A DNA stretch of 64,000 bases from Macrostomum hystrix (Eukaryota; Animalia; Platyhelminthes): NCBI GenBank assembly GCA_950097015.1, contig CATNEN010000038.1, positions 32,426,001 through 32,490,000 on the forward strand. Direction: 5' to 3'. A program made the position numbers and the translations under genes. Of the stretch, positions 1 through 11,939 are shown piece by piece. Positions within the stretch are counted from its first letter, which is position 1, and every line of letters begins with the position of its first letter. The notes beneath the pieces were generated by a model that was given only the letters and a program-made list of their open reading frames with translations, was not told where the DNA came from and ran no database searches.

Positions 1-894
1 TGTTGGAATTATTGCGGATTACATTGTATTGCTTATCTTGTTCATGTTATTGTTTTTCGAACCAATATGGGCTCGCAATAGTGGTTTATACAGGGCAATT
101 TTAGTTGTCCTTGTCGCCATGGTCTTCGACAATCACTGAATATCTCGGCTTTGAAGTTAGTTCATCGGAAATGGTGGAGAATTTTCGCCTTTATGGTGGA
201 CTTTCACCCAAGTCGGTCATATCTTACCATGGAGGAAATTTAGCGTCGTCTTTGTAATGCTAAAGGCGAGCGGTTTTACAGGCGGTAGTAACCCTAGGCC
301 TGTGCTTTTGTGTCACAAAAATTTCCGCTAATTGAAATGACGACGAATAGGAACAGTGACGTTGAAGCCCAGCGCAGCAGAGCTTCAGACTCCTCACAGA
401 AAAACGTCTGCAGCCCAATTAATCTCTACAAGAAATGCGAAGTCTTTGAGATTTGAGACACATTTTTCTTTCTATACTACTGTCGGTAGAGTTGTGTGCA
501 AGCGTCTGCAACCAACGCTTCTGATTCTGTCAGTTCGTTTTAACGACACATGTCATTTAGCGATTGACCAGATCTCACGTACTCAGGTCTAAAACTGGGA
601 CGCTAATAAAACTATCTCGAGTGTAACAAAAGCAAACTGCGACATTTCTACGTTTTTTCGCATTAACTGTCTTCCTGAAGTGGGTAAAATTATACTTCTC
701 TAACGATCTCATATCAAAATCTACGTATGTAGGGTCACTAGAGCAGAGCATTGCTTTTATTATTATTTTATTTATTAAAAGGCATACAACAGATAGAGCT
801 CTAGTGTCTGAACTATTCCGTCTATGTTGCATTGAGTTTCAAAGGAATCTCATCAAGTGCTTCTCCCATTCAAGCTGCTGGCTTGCTGTCACTC

Positions 895-2372
895 TCACTG
901 AGTTGTTCTCTTGCTGCTGTCAGACGAAGAGAACTTGACTTTCTTTTGACGCAGACAGGGAAACAGAAAGGTGTAGAATCGAGTCGAAAATCCGGCAATG
1001 AACAGCGAGTTCATGTAGTACGGGATGGTGAACAAGAAGCCACCAAGTCTATCTGAGACCACGTCTGAAATGCGATAGAGCATGGAGACATGAGCACCTG
1101 CAATGTCATCAATGCATTCATCTACTTCACACAGAAGCCCAACTTACACGCAACCGGATCTACGGCAGCATCGACCAGAGTGCTGATTACGATCAGCAGG
1201 CGGGAGACGAAGAAACAGATTAGCAGAGTCACGTTCATTCCCAGCAGCTTGGCTGTGGCGCGAATCTCCGTCGTTGCCACGCTGCTGTCCGACGAACCTG
1301 TCGCACTCATTCGCAGTCTTCTCAGTCTGGACTCAAACAGAACTATGATGATGAGAATGGCGGCAACTAGATTGAGAAGGCAGATAATGAAGGCGATGGA
1401 AAGCATGAATAAAAAGCCGATCGTCTGTTGACCCCTGTCGGAGCTTACTGCGTAATAAATCGGAAATGGACAGGAACCTGACAAAACCTTGATCCCTAGC
1501 ACAGTTTTCTGCAATTTCGTATTGTTTCCGGGTTCAGCCAGCAACACGCTCAGCACAATGGAGACCGCCAGAGCGAGAAACGTTGCCAAACAGATCAAAC
1601 CCGTGTCGCGACTCTTAGTCAACTGAGCCTTGGCCTCGAGTGGATACTTGACGCTGTAGCAGCGAATCATCGAGCTGATGGTCAAGGCGATCGGAGACAG
1701 GTACATTGGGAAGTAGAGAAGTATGAAGAAAGCTTTGCACATCACTTGCTGTAGAAAAACGTGTTCAGGGCTTCGTAGGCCCCACATCAGTAGGGACAGA
1801 TCTTGACCAGGCCCTTGGATAGCATTTGGATTCGTTTTGAAAAAATCAACAATGAGTAACTCGTAGATGCGATATAAGGAACCCGCAATGTCCGCCCCGA
1901 CGACAATGGAAAACCACTTGCGAGCAGAATTGGAGAATCCGGTGTTGCCGCGGACCAAGAAGACTAGAGTGAGGATCTGGAGGAGCAGACCCAGTGGATA
2001 TCCCGATGCTCTGATAATCCCTTCGCAAAACTTGGCAATGTCAGTAGCTTCAGCTCTCAGCAGAAACATGTAGAGCGAATATATAGTTCTGCGCGACATG
2101 CTGTAATTATACAGCCGATTCATGGAGGCCTCGAACTCTGCAAAACGATTTGGATCTCCTGATTTGAGTCGATAAGGACTTCGTGGCAATAAACAGCGAA
2201 AATCAATGGTTTACACTGTGATAATAAATTTGACGCAAGTCAGGCCATAATGATCCTCTTAATTACTCGTATAGGTCACTGGTAGAAGTGGCTGTCTTCG
2301 AGTTGCTATCGTTAGACGTATGAAAAAGCCCTTACCGTCGAAATTTGCGAAGTTGGAATACTTCAAAGACAT
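895..2372 (-). CDS. Orphan rhodopsin-like (class A) 7TM receptor, paralogue 1; exons 2372-2336, 2158-1148, 1064-895 (405 aa)
   Basis: Seven hydrophobic segments; TM3 Cys (VMCK) and ECL2 Cys; SSMIRCY at the DRY position. GT-AG introns (GACG|gtaagg..aatcag|GA; GCGT|gtaagt..tttcag|AC) join MSLKYSNFANFDG-DPNRF...DPVA-YVVSDRLGG in frame. Confidence 0.9.
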
Positions 2373-2485
2373 CTTTCTGTGCAGCGTGGGAATCAGTAGA
2401 CGCTTCAGTAGTTTAGACCGGGCAGTGATGACAGATGATACCTCTTTCACCTGTGAATTCTGATTCTAGGCAATGCTGCCGAGGG

Positions 2486-2611
2486 GGCTTAAATAACCCC
2501 GAAGCATAATTTACAGCTTCATTCTAGTGACGTCAGCAATTCTTCATAACAACGCTCGTAGTCAACGCCGCTCAATGAGAGCGCAAAGAGACGAATCACC
2601 TTTATGAAGCC
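2486..2611 (-). promoter_or_regulatory. Putative promoter of receptor 1: TATTTAAG box, CRE palindrome TGACGTCA (2528-2535), conserved GAGACGAATCAC/ATGAAGCC block
   Basis: The same motifs occur in the same order upstream of paralogue 2 (13521-13659), while flanking sequence has diverged. Confidence 0.45.
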
Positions 2612-4130
2612 CCTCAATTGATTTTTCGTTTTACATCAGCATCGATTGAAGAAAACAATAGCAGATCAGATTCCAATAGTTAGTTGTTTCAACAGAATAA
2701 ACCGTTTGAGACATGAATGCATCCAAGCTTGAAGCCAGCTGGAGAAGCCTAAAAAGTCCCTGGTAGATCCTAATTAGCAGGCTCATATGGTGCATAATAT
2801 ATCTGAATAAACATGCTAGAGTCTTGCATTTACTAGCGTCGAGCCTTATACTCCAAATTGAATGTTCATCGTACTTGGTACAATGAGACATAACTAACAC
2901 TTTATGATAATGGTTTTTTCGTTTCTGCTTCCTTCTGTCTGAAATTTAATCTGCTTGCTGCTTTGAAAGTTCGTGAAACTTTCTTCAAACGTTTTTTGCG
3001 AGGCCGTTCTGAATCAGAGCCCGTATTGGCTTTGCGGTTATTAGATCCTTTCAAACCAGCTTTATAATGGTTGAGCTTCGTGGTGCAATCACAGTGAGAA
3101 GCATTGGTAGGGTCGAAATCTATCATCCACTGGAAATTTGAAGTCACAACTGGCTAAGCATTGTGGCCTCATTTAAATTCTATGCAATGAGGCCACAGAA
3201 TTAGGATAGTCGTAGAAGTAAACCCCAATTAAAAAATGGGGCAGCGTCAGATGGTGCACTCGAACACAAAGCAGTCCAAATGTCTCCGGATGCGAGCATG
3301 TCCCAACCAGTGTGCAGAATGGAAGTGGAGCTGCAAAAGGCTCTGAACAGACCACGGGCTGCCCTAGTGCGCCGAGTCCTTTTCTAGCGTGCGTATTCGT
3401 CACTGTCGAGGTTTCGGATGGATTGGAGAACAACGCGAATCATGCGAGTCCTCTGCGCTGTCTGATGTTGTCTTCCGCGTGACAGACAAGCAAGTCCATG
3501 TCTGTTGTCACGCCGCATTCTAGTCGTTATAGGGGGGCCTCTGACTAAAGCCCCACTCAAATATTCCATGATGAAAAGTCTTCGGTCAAGTGCCTCAAAG
3601 GCGCCAGATTATTTTAAATCTCACTGCCTATCGGCATATTGCCACTGGTAACCACGCAGGTCTGGTAAGCCAGTTCTGATAGCAATTGTACTGCAACTGG
3701 AAAAAAGGCTAGCATAGCTGATGCCCTTTGTTTACTACATAGATGATAATGAAAACGAGAGGAATACAAAACTGTTAGAAATGGGCAAGAAGAATCATTA
3801 GGTTTAAAAGCCGTCTGACGTCAGCATCGTCGGGATATTCAGCGATCCTTGTCGGAGACCCTGCTCGCACCGGCGGGACACAACGCCTGTGGGGTATGAG
3901 TCAGTCCAGGCCCACGGGCTAAGGTCTGCGATGCCTCACACCTGCAGTAGCTTTTTGAGCAGGCTTGGCAGGAAGGAGACCTGTGCCTTCGGGTGCAGGA
4001 ATCCCTCCACGCTGTCCCGTCAGCTCACCCATCGGTACATGTCCCGTGAGTGTTCAAGGCTGACTTTAGGGCAGCCGGACAGAATGGGCAACAGCGCTGG
4101 ATGACCCATCCAGGGCCTCTGGCCAAACTG

Positions 4131-4393
4131 GGTACCTCTAGCCCCGGCTGGAGGGAAAGGTGTCACCCTTTGACCTTATCAGGGTATGCGGCCAGTCCGC
4201 AGCGTTCGTGCACCTGTGCGTAATCAGTTACCTCTGGCAACGGCTATGAGGGAAAGGTGTTACCCTTCGACCTCAACAGGGTATGCGGCCAGTCCGCAGC
4301 GTTCGTGCACCTGTGCGTGATCAGGTACCTCTGGCTACGGCTGGTGGAACAGGTGTCACCCTTCGACCTCAACAGGGTACGCAGCCAGTCTGC
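4131..4393 (+). repeat. ~97-bp tandem repeat (about 2.7 units) in the LINE 5'UTR
   Basis: Units start at 4131, 4227 and 4324 (G(G/T)TACCTCT...AGGTGT(C/T)ACCCTT...CAGGGTA(T/C)GC(G/A)GCCAGTC). Confidence 0.85.
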
Positions 4394-4528
4394 GGGCCTG
4401 GCACTGCTCTAGGTGCCCTCTTATGCCTAAGGTCTCACCGCGCTGAGGGGCTGAAAGGTCCGGGGAGTATATCCGGCCGTTAGCGGTTTTTATTTTTAAT
4501 TCAAATTTTTCTTTCTTTCCAGCGACCT

Positions 4529-6010
4529 ATGGAGTCCAACTTTAGCTCCAGCACGTCCCAGGACCCTGCTGAAACGCTGACCCCGGCCGGCGACGCAGAT
4601 CCTCAGGACCAGCGCCAGGGCGACACGGGTTCCACCGGCGCCCAAAATCCATCCTGCTCCTCCGCCACTCAGGAAAACACCAGAGCGGCTGGATCTAAGA
4701 GCAAACGCTCCCCTGCCACGCAGGCCCGCAGCTTCGCCCGCTTCCAGGAATTCCGGCGGCGCAAACAGGAAGCACGGTTGGCTGCGAAATCCGCGCCAAC
4801 CACCGCCTCCGAGGAGAGTGCCGGCAACTCTGCGAACATCGCGGAGGAGCCGGCACCCAACAAGGAGGCGGACTCCTCGCGTCGTCCAGGAAACCCGGAA
4901 GCGCGGAAAAGTGCCGCCCAGGCCTCTCGTGGAGGAACCACTCACAGTCATCCGGAAACTCCGACGACTGCTGGGGGGCCCGTTGCGGGAGGCGCCGGCC
5001 AAACCACAAAGCCAAAGCGCACCTACGCTGCTATGGCAAAGAGGCAGCCGGCCTTGGTTATCCGAGGCCAGGAGACGCCCCTCTCGACAGGGCAACTCGA
5101 CCAGATCTGGCGCAGATTGGACTCCCATCTGGTCAAACTGGCACTGAGCGGCACTGTGCTGCACGTCCTGAAGACCGACATCCAGGACCAAGCCCTCATT
5201 GTCCAGCCTGCCGACAACCAGTCCGGACAGCAACTCCTCGAGATGCTGAAAACCTTCGACTGGGTCACGGAAATGGGCAACCTGTGTATCTACAGGGAGG
5301 ACGAGCGCCCCCAGACACACCGTCATCGTGCTTGGATCCCAGCTCGCAGCGCTATCACGAACGCCGGAGAACTGCGCCGCCTGCTGTTGGCAATCCACCC
5401 GGATCTGCCAGCAAACGGTGTCGTGGTTCATGAAACCATCACCAGACCTGGTGGAGATGGTTTCACGGCCATTCTAGGACTGTCGGACAGCTGGATGCTC
5501 CGCTGCCCAGACATGTCCTACATCAGTGCAGGTCTCACTCGAATGCAGATCTTCAGCTTCGAGTCCGACGCCACTCGCCCGCCGCTCCCGGAAAAGCGGA
5601 AACGGACGAATCAGAACTCTGCCGGGCCCCTGCGCCCTGGAACACAGACTCCTGACCGTCACGACCACTCCGAGGATGCGGATCCTATCAGGGGCAGAGC
5701 CACGAAAGCCGCAGCGACAGGCGGACGTGGTAAGGGCCGGAAACCCGCCCGCAACACCATCCGCACTGGCCTGACTCAGCGCACCAAACAGCTGCCGGAC
5801 CCCAACAGAGGACGCCACCGCAGCACCAACCGGTCCAATGTCTCATCGAAACCCCCGGCGGAAAACCAGGCTGAGGATACGGACGCCGCTGTTGCGGCAG
5901 CCCAGGCCTCGGCTCTGGATCCGATTCAGGAGGAACCGATGGAGCTCGGGCAAAACACCGGCGAGGACGAGGAATCTCTCCTGAACAACTCGCCGTTGGC
6001 CAGCAGGTAG
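4529..6010 (+). CDS. LINE ORF1 (gag-like), 493 aa, intact reading frame
   Basis: Long ORF directly upstream of the endonuclease; disordered termini; central RAWIP...LLLAIHPDLP segment resembles LOA-type ORF1 domains. Confidence 0.75.
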   Translation: MESNFSSSTSQDPAETLTPAGDADPQDQRQGDTGSTGAQNPSCSSATQENTRAAGSKSKRSPATQARSFARFQEFRRRKQEARLAAKSAPTTASEESAGNSANIAEEPAPNKEADSSRRPGNPEARKSAAQASRGGTTHSHPETPTTAGGPVAGGAGQTTKPKRTYAAMAKRQPALVIRGQETPLSTGQLDQIWRRLDSHLVKLALSGTVLHVLKTDIQDQALIVQPADNQSGQQLLEMLKTFDWVTEMGNLCIYREDERPQTHRHRAWIPARSAITNAGELRRLLLAIHPDLPANGVVVHETITRPGGDGFTAILGLSDSWMLRCPDMSYISAGLTRMQIFSFESDATRPPLPEKRKRTNQNSAGPLRPGTQTPDRHDHSEDADPIRGRATKAAATGGRGKGRKPARNTIRTGLTQRTKQLPDPNRGRHRSTNRSNVSSKPPAENQAEDTDAAVAAAQASALDPIQEEPMELGQNTGEDEESLLNNSPLASR

Positions 6011-6033
6011 CCGCACGGACCGCCCCTTCTGGG

Positions 6034-9000
6034 GTGAGCTTCCTGCAGCTGAACCTGCACCACTGCATCGCGGCCTCGACCAACCTGGCGCGTGTGGTGG
6101 ACTTCGTAAAACCGGACATCATCCTCCTCCAGGAGCTCTGGACGAAGAAAGGTAAGATTCCGAACATTCCTGCAGGTTTTGACTGTTTTTTCATGCCCCA
6201 AAACCCTAGGGCTGCTGTGTTCGCGACTAACGATCTCAAAGCTTGGCATAGGCCAGACCTCTCTGACAAAGACCTCTGTGTCATCCAAACCAACCACATT
6301 CTCCCGAACCGCACCGTCATCATCGCCTCTATCTACATTCCTGGTGACGGTCCTGCGGCTCCGCCCAGTCTCACTTCCCTCGTGGACTACTGCTCAGACC
6401 GCGACTTTGAGCTGCTGGTGGCAGGCGACATTAACGCCCACCACACCCACTGGGGCCGTGTTACTTCAAACTGCAGAGGCGAGGATCTCCTTGCCTACAT
6501 CTGCACCACCAATATTGAGTTCTCCAACTCGGGTGGCACACCCACCTTTGACAATGGGCGATGGACGGAGGTCCTTGACGCCACCCTCGCCTCTCAGGGC
6601 CTGATCCCTCTGATCAGGGACTGGCAGGTGTGGGACGAAGAGGAATCTCTGTCTGACCATCGCTTCATTCGTTTCCGGTTGCTAAGCTCCTACTCCAAGC
6701 CTGGTATTCTGTGGAAAAGGAACGCCCGGAATACTGACTGGACGGCCTTTGCGGAATCCGTGAAGCGCCAGACCAACCAGTTAGAATCCGTTGTTCCTGC
6801 CACCTGTCAAGAAGTGGACGATCTGGCTGATCTACTCAGCATGACCATCTTGGAACCCTCCGGCGCAAGGCCGAATCCCTCCAGCGGATTGCGCGAAAAA
6901 GCAAGGACCCAGCTGACCTGACCGCCTACCAGAATGCGATTCGCGACATTAAGCGTGACACCAGGAAAGCGAAGTCCGAAAAGTGGCGCCAATACTGCGC
7001 CGAGCTGGAGGGCGCCCGCCCAACCTCTCGCGTTGTAAAAGCGCTCACTCTTGACAAAATGTCGAAGCTCTCAGTGATCAAAAGACCGGACGGCCGGCTT
7101 GCTGAGAATCCTGGCGAATCGCTGGACATCAGCTCGCCAGCGCTTTCCCCCGGACCGCGCCGCTTCAGGACCCGCCGGACCACACTCCGGGTGGACACAT
7201 TCTTGCGACCAGCATAATCACTAGAGAACGGACAGCTCGCGCTGCTAATTACTTCTCAACTTTTAAGTCGCCTGGACCTGACAACATTTACCCCGCCTTC
7301 CTACATGAAGAGGTGAAAAATGACAGGTTCCTCGGCCTCCTCTGCAACCTGTTCAAGGCCTGTATCACCCTCGGGTACGTACCCAGGTCTTGGCAGGAAG
7401 CCACTATCGTCTTCATCCCCAAGCCTGGGAAGGGAGACTACCATTCCGCCAAAGCCTTCCGCCCCATCAGCTTAACATCTTTCTTTCTTAAGCTGCTTGA
7501 AAGGCTAGTACTTTGGCGCCTCCTTCACGTTGAGCTCAGTAACTCCCCGCTCCCCGCCAACCAGCACGCCTTTCGATCCGGACGCTCCATCGAAAGTGCT
7601 CTGCATGCCATTGTCGACAAGCTGGAGCGCGCCGTGCTTGGCACCGGTTTTGCTCTCTCGCTTTTCCTCGACATTGATGGTGCCTTCGACAATGTGCTCT
7701 TCGGAGCCTTTAGGCGAGCCCTGGAACGCCGGGCTGCGCACGAGCACCTCACCCGCTGGATCATGTATATGATCTCTCACCGAACTGCCACCTCGCACCT
7801 GCTTGGCCACTCCCGTTCTGTGAAAGTCCAGAAGGGAGGCCCGCAGGGTGGCGTTCTCAGTCCGATCCTTTGGAACCTTGTCATGGACGAGCTGCTCTGC
7901 AGCCCTGACCCGGACCGGGTCCAAAAAATCGGCTATGCTGACGACGTCACCGCCACCGTGGCCGGACCGTCTCCCCCGGTCCTTAGAGACCTTTTGCAAG
8001 CTTTCATCCACCGTGCCGAGCGCTGGGCTCATAGCTGCGGCCTCAAACTCTCTGAGTCCAAGACCGTCGCCTTTATGTTCACCAGCAAACGAAACTGGAG
8101 GATTGAGCCTCTTCTTCTCTATGACAAACCCATCGCCATGGAGAAGCAAACTAGATGCTTAGGTGTCATCCTCGAACAAAGGTTGAGCTGGACACCTCAC
8201 GTCAAATTCAAAACTCGCAATAATAAAATTTTATTGCATCATTTACCTGGATTTTTTCGCAAAGCTCTTGCGACGCTCGCGCAGATCCGCAGAGCCTTCG
8301 GTGCTACCTGGGGCCTCACCCGGTGGATTTACACTACCATTGTAAGACCGGCCATTTCTTTTGCCGGCTTCATCTGGAATTGTGCCCTGGAGACCAAAGG
8401 GGGTCTTGGAGGCCCTAAACAAGGTGCAGGGCCGTGCTTGTCGAGCCATCATGAGTGCGGCACCCTCCACTCCCTTCGCTGGCATGAATGCCTTCCTGGA
8501 CCTTCCCCCTTTAGATCTTTTTATCAGAGGGGAAGCGATGAAGACAGCTCGTCTTTATCACCACGGCCAACCCCGTGAAATTCACTGCTTCACCGACGGA
8601 TCGCAAATCAACTCGGTCTCTGGTTTCGGCTACTGCATTATGTCCGGAGGGAAAACTGTGGCGACCTTCTCCCAGCACACCGGCATAAACTCTACCGTTT
8701 TCCAGAACGAAGTTCTCGCCATCAGCTCCTGCGCCCTGGAGCTGATCAACCTAAATGTCCACGGAGCAGAAATCTTCCTCCACTAGGACAGCCAGGCGGC
8801 GATCCATGCCCTTGGACGCACGCACACCTGCTCGCGCACAGTCCTCGACTGCGTCGCGCAACTTAACCGCTTAGGGACCCACAACAAGTTGTTCCTAAGG
8901 TGGATTCCAGGGCACTCTGGCCACCCTGGTAACGAATTGGCCGACAGCCTCGCCAAGGCCGGTTCGACGGGTTCGCTTTTTGGCCCTGTGCCTGTGGTCT

Positions 9001-9498
9001 CCACCCCTACCGCCGTCGTCAACACTTGGATTAACCAGTGGGTGGCCTCAAAGCACAAGGACAGATGGATCAATACCGCTGATTTTCGGCAGTCTCGCGC
9101 TGCTGTCCCTTGTCCCTCCACTGCCCTTCGCAAAGCCTTGCTTGGACTTAACCGCAGGGACATCAGGGCAGTTACCAGGGCCCTCTCTGGCCATGGTAAC
9201 CGCTTCCTGCAAGGCAAAATCCGCAGTGAGGAGTGCCCCTTCTGCCTCTCCTATGTTGAGGATGCAGAGCATTTTACGAGCCCGTATTTGCGACTGCCCG
9301 CCTTCACTCAGGACAGGCTCACCTATCTCGGCCCAAGCCCGGATCTCCGACGTTTTCAGGCCTGAGAACATCTGCCAGCTCATCCGTTACCTAAGGGCCA
9401 CCGGGCGAGCAACTCTCCACCTCCTGGACTCTCCGGAGGAGGACCGCGCTGCGGACGCCGGCATCACCGGATCCCCCTGCGTGACACCGCAGCTTTAG
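6034..9498 (+). pseudogene. LINE ORF2 (AP endonuclease-RT-RNase H-C-terminal Cys/His motif), frameshifted and internally deleted
   Basis: Domains are spread over several frames (6034-6921, 7313-8400, 8361-8960, 8889-9365); in-frame TAG at 8784-8786 in the RNase H motif LH*DSQAAI. Confidence 0.9.
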
Positions 9499-10597
9499 TT
9501 GCCCGTGGTCGCCAGGGGCGAGCAGAATGGGCGGAAATGCCTCCCCGCTGCATCCGAATGGTGCCCCCTGCAGCTAAGTCAAGTAAGTCAAGTCTGAGAC
9601 CCTAGTTATAACTTACACTGCTGCTTCATCTAGGGCGCGAATACAATTTGGTCAATTGTGAAAAGTTAACAATTTAATCAATCTAAAATAGTCAACAATA
9701 ATAGCCGACATGGTTACTGGTGAAAGTTTGTGAGCAGAAAACGTATGCCTATTGGTGTTTTTTTGCCACCAGACATCCCGACAAGAATCGTTGAATTATC
9801 TCGATGCTGCCTATGTTTTGTGATTCTGAAAGTAGTTTCATCGGATAGAGCGGAAAATTTTAGCCCTTTTTCTGGACTTCCATCGCGATTGGTTTTATAT
9901 ATTTAGAGATACAGAAAAAATATGGGTATTTGAAATTACCACCCGAATGGAATTCGTGACAATTCGATGGTTGGGCAATGACTCGTATTACAGCTGACTC
10001 AACTCTATGGGAAGAATCGTTTCTGTTCTATTTGGAAACATCGACCTAACTAGACGTTTGCTTGCAGAAGTCTACTTGCATGAATTTTGGTCGTTAATCT
10101 AAAACAGACGGACCTGTCGCAATTATCTTTTCATAAATGAAAAGTCTTAAAACTTTTTCTGCTTTGCCCACTTGTTGCATTTAAATTTGGCAAGCTAAAA
10201 ATCTGGCTCCAATACATGGCATTATTTTTAGAGTTGTCAAAATTATATAATGAGAAAAGTCTATGAGAAAATGCCGTCAGCAGCTGCTGATGATTCGCTG
10301 TCCCTGTGCTCCACTTGCAGCGTTGTCTTCAGGATTTTTAGAGTCACTTCCCTGATCAGCGACTGAAGTTCAGGTGGAAGTAGAATTTCTCAGGCTACAG
10401 CGAGATAGTGTTGTACGCAGCATGCTACGATATTTCAGCTCACTTTACTCGGACATTTCGCAGATATTGCAGATATCGCCAGGGCCAACCAGTGGACTAG
10501 AACTGGAAGACATCAGGGCCGTGCAGATTGTTCCAGCCGTGTCATTGTGTCATTCTCTGAGAAAAGGGCGAGCTGCTGACGGAGTCCCCCGATAGAC

Positions 10598-10750
10598 CAT
10601 GAACGGCCTTGCGGGACTGGACTGCATGCAGGTAAGCCTGCAACACTGCCTAGCCACGTGCGTCAATCTTATGCCCTTCGTCGAGCTAAATACGCCGGGT
10701 CTCATCCTCATTCAGGAGCCTTGGACTGACAGAGGTAAGCCATCAATGTG
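10598..10750 (+). mobile_element. Fragment of a related LINE endonuclease N-terminus
   Basis: Translates MNGLAGLDCMQVSLQHCLATCVNL...LILIQEPWTDRGKP, homologous to SFLQLNLHHCIAASTNL...IILLQELWTKKGKIP at 6034. Confidence 0.65.
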
Positions 10751-11939
10751 GGTATCACTGTTTCTTTAACTGTCCCTACGGTGAAAATCAAGCTCCCAGG
10801 GCATGTATCCTTGCGAAGGACTCCCTCGCAAGGGGTGGGTGTTGTACGCGCCCGGGCGCAGCCGCACGTTGCAAGCACCCTCCCAACAAATCAGTGCTAG
10901 GCACGAGTGTACACAAGCTAACAGAGCACAACCCCTGCCAAGCTCACAGCTGTACCCAGCGCTGAGGGTGGGGGTGGCTCGCCGACGACGCCCCAATGGT
11001 TGTCCTGGTGTCGGCGTGTGAAGACCGTCAGTTTCATCGGGTGACGTTGAGCAGATTGTCGAAGTAGCTCGTGCACGGAAGATCAGGAGTGCATGCCACC
11101 GCGGCGAACTGGGCGGAGTGGAAGTGGTCGTAATCCTGGACTTGCAACAGTCTATTCTCAGCATGCAGGTCAGATTCCGTTGTGAGCGCAGTGCATCAAG
11201 TCACAGGGCACTTAGTTTTGCTTTGCCTTCAGTTTCTGCCACCTTGAGTCGGAAAAAATGCGGACCCAGACCGGAAACAGTGAACTTTTGCAAGAGTAAG
11301 ACTGGCACCACCTGAATTGTTTGATTGAATTCCCTTTCTATTGCAAAACATATTCCACCCGTTTGGATAGGACGCCGGATACGGCTTCGAGCTCCTGTGT
11401 CACTCCAGCGAAGTCCAAGAGGTATAAACTGAAGCTGCTTTAGCCCGCTCCAGACAACCCAGACTCAAATGCTGGGGGCCGACTTAGATCGAGACCCGCC
11501 AGACCAATATTACGAAGTATTTGTTGGGCAATGACAGTCGCTGGGCAATGACAAGTCAATCTATCAGTATGCGCAGAGTATTTGTTGGTTTATGAGCCTG
11601 GTCCCATGCCTTGGTCCGTACTATACAATGTGTTTGGGCGAAAGTGTCCATAGATACGTTGCAAAATTTTATTGCATCATTTACCTCGATTTTTTGCGCA
11701 TAGGTGCGATGGTCCTTCTCAAAAATATAGTGGTGAAGTCTGCATATGTAGCGAATCAATTATAAAGCCGTTTTATTGTACTTTATTTAATAAAACACAG
11801 AGCGCTAGACTCAGGACTTTAAAAAGAACTAATCCGTGTATAAATACTGCAGTTCCATAAAAGGTCCATATGGCATTCTCTGTAGGAATGAATCTCATCA
11901 AGTTCTTCTCCCATTCAAGCTGCTGGCTTGCTGTCACTC

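Larger units (their letters stand above)
3863..9595 (+). mobile_element. Near full-length non-LTR retrotransposon, LOA/R1-like clade (ORF1 + APE-RT-RNase H), inactivated
   Basis: Long 5'UTR, ORF1 4529-6010, endonuclease (QLNLHH, LLQELW, GDINAHH, SDHRFI), RT (FRPISLTS, QGGVLSP, YADD), RNase H ([20 protein letters not shown]), 3' tail (AAGTC)n; candidate TSD GAGACCCT at 3855-3862 and 9596-9603. Confidence 0.92.

Noticed and set aside
1-81. NYCGLHCIAYL resembling the adenain-like protease motif of Polintons
   Set aside because: Too short and at the window edge; no supporting context.
4496-8149. Long antisense ORFs (311, 211, 214 aa) over the LINE
   Set aside because: Shadow ORFs of GC-rich coding sequence with no recognisable motifs.
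10766-11170. GC-rich island with hairpin CCTTGCGAAGGA-C-TCCCTCGCAAGG as possible ncRNA
   Set aside because: No recognisable RNA family; more likely a retroelement UTR remnant.
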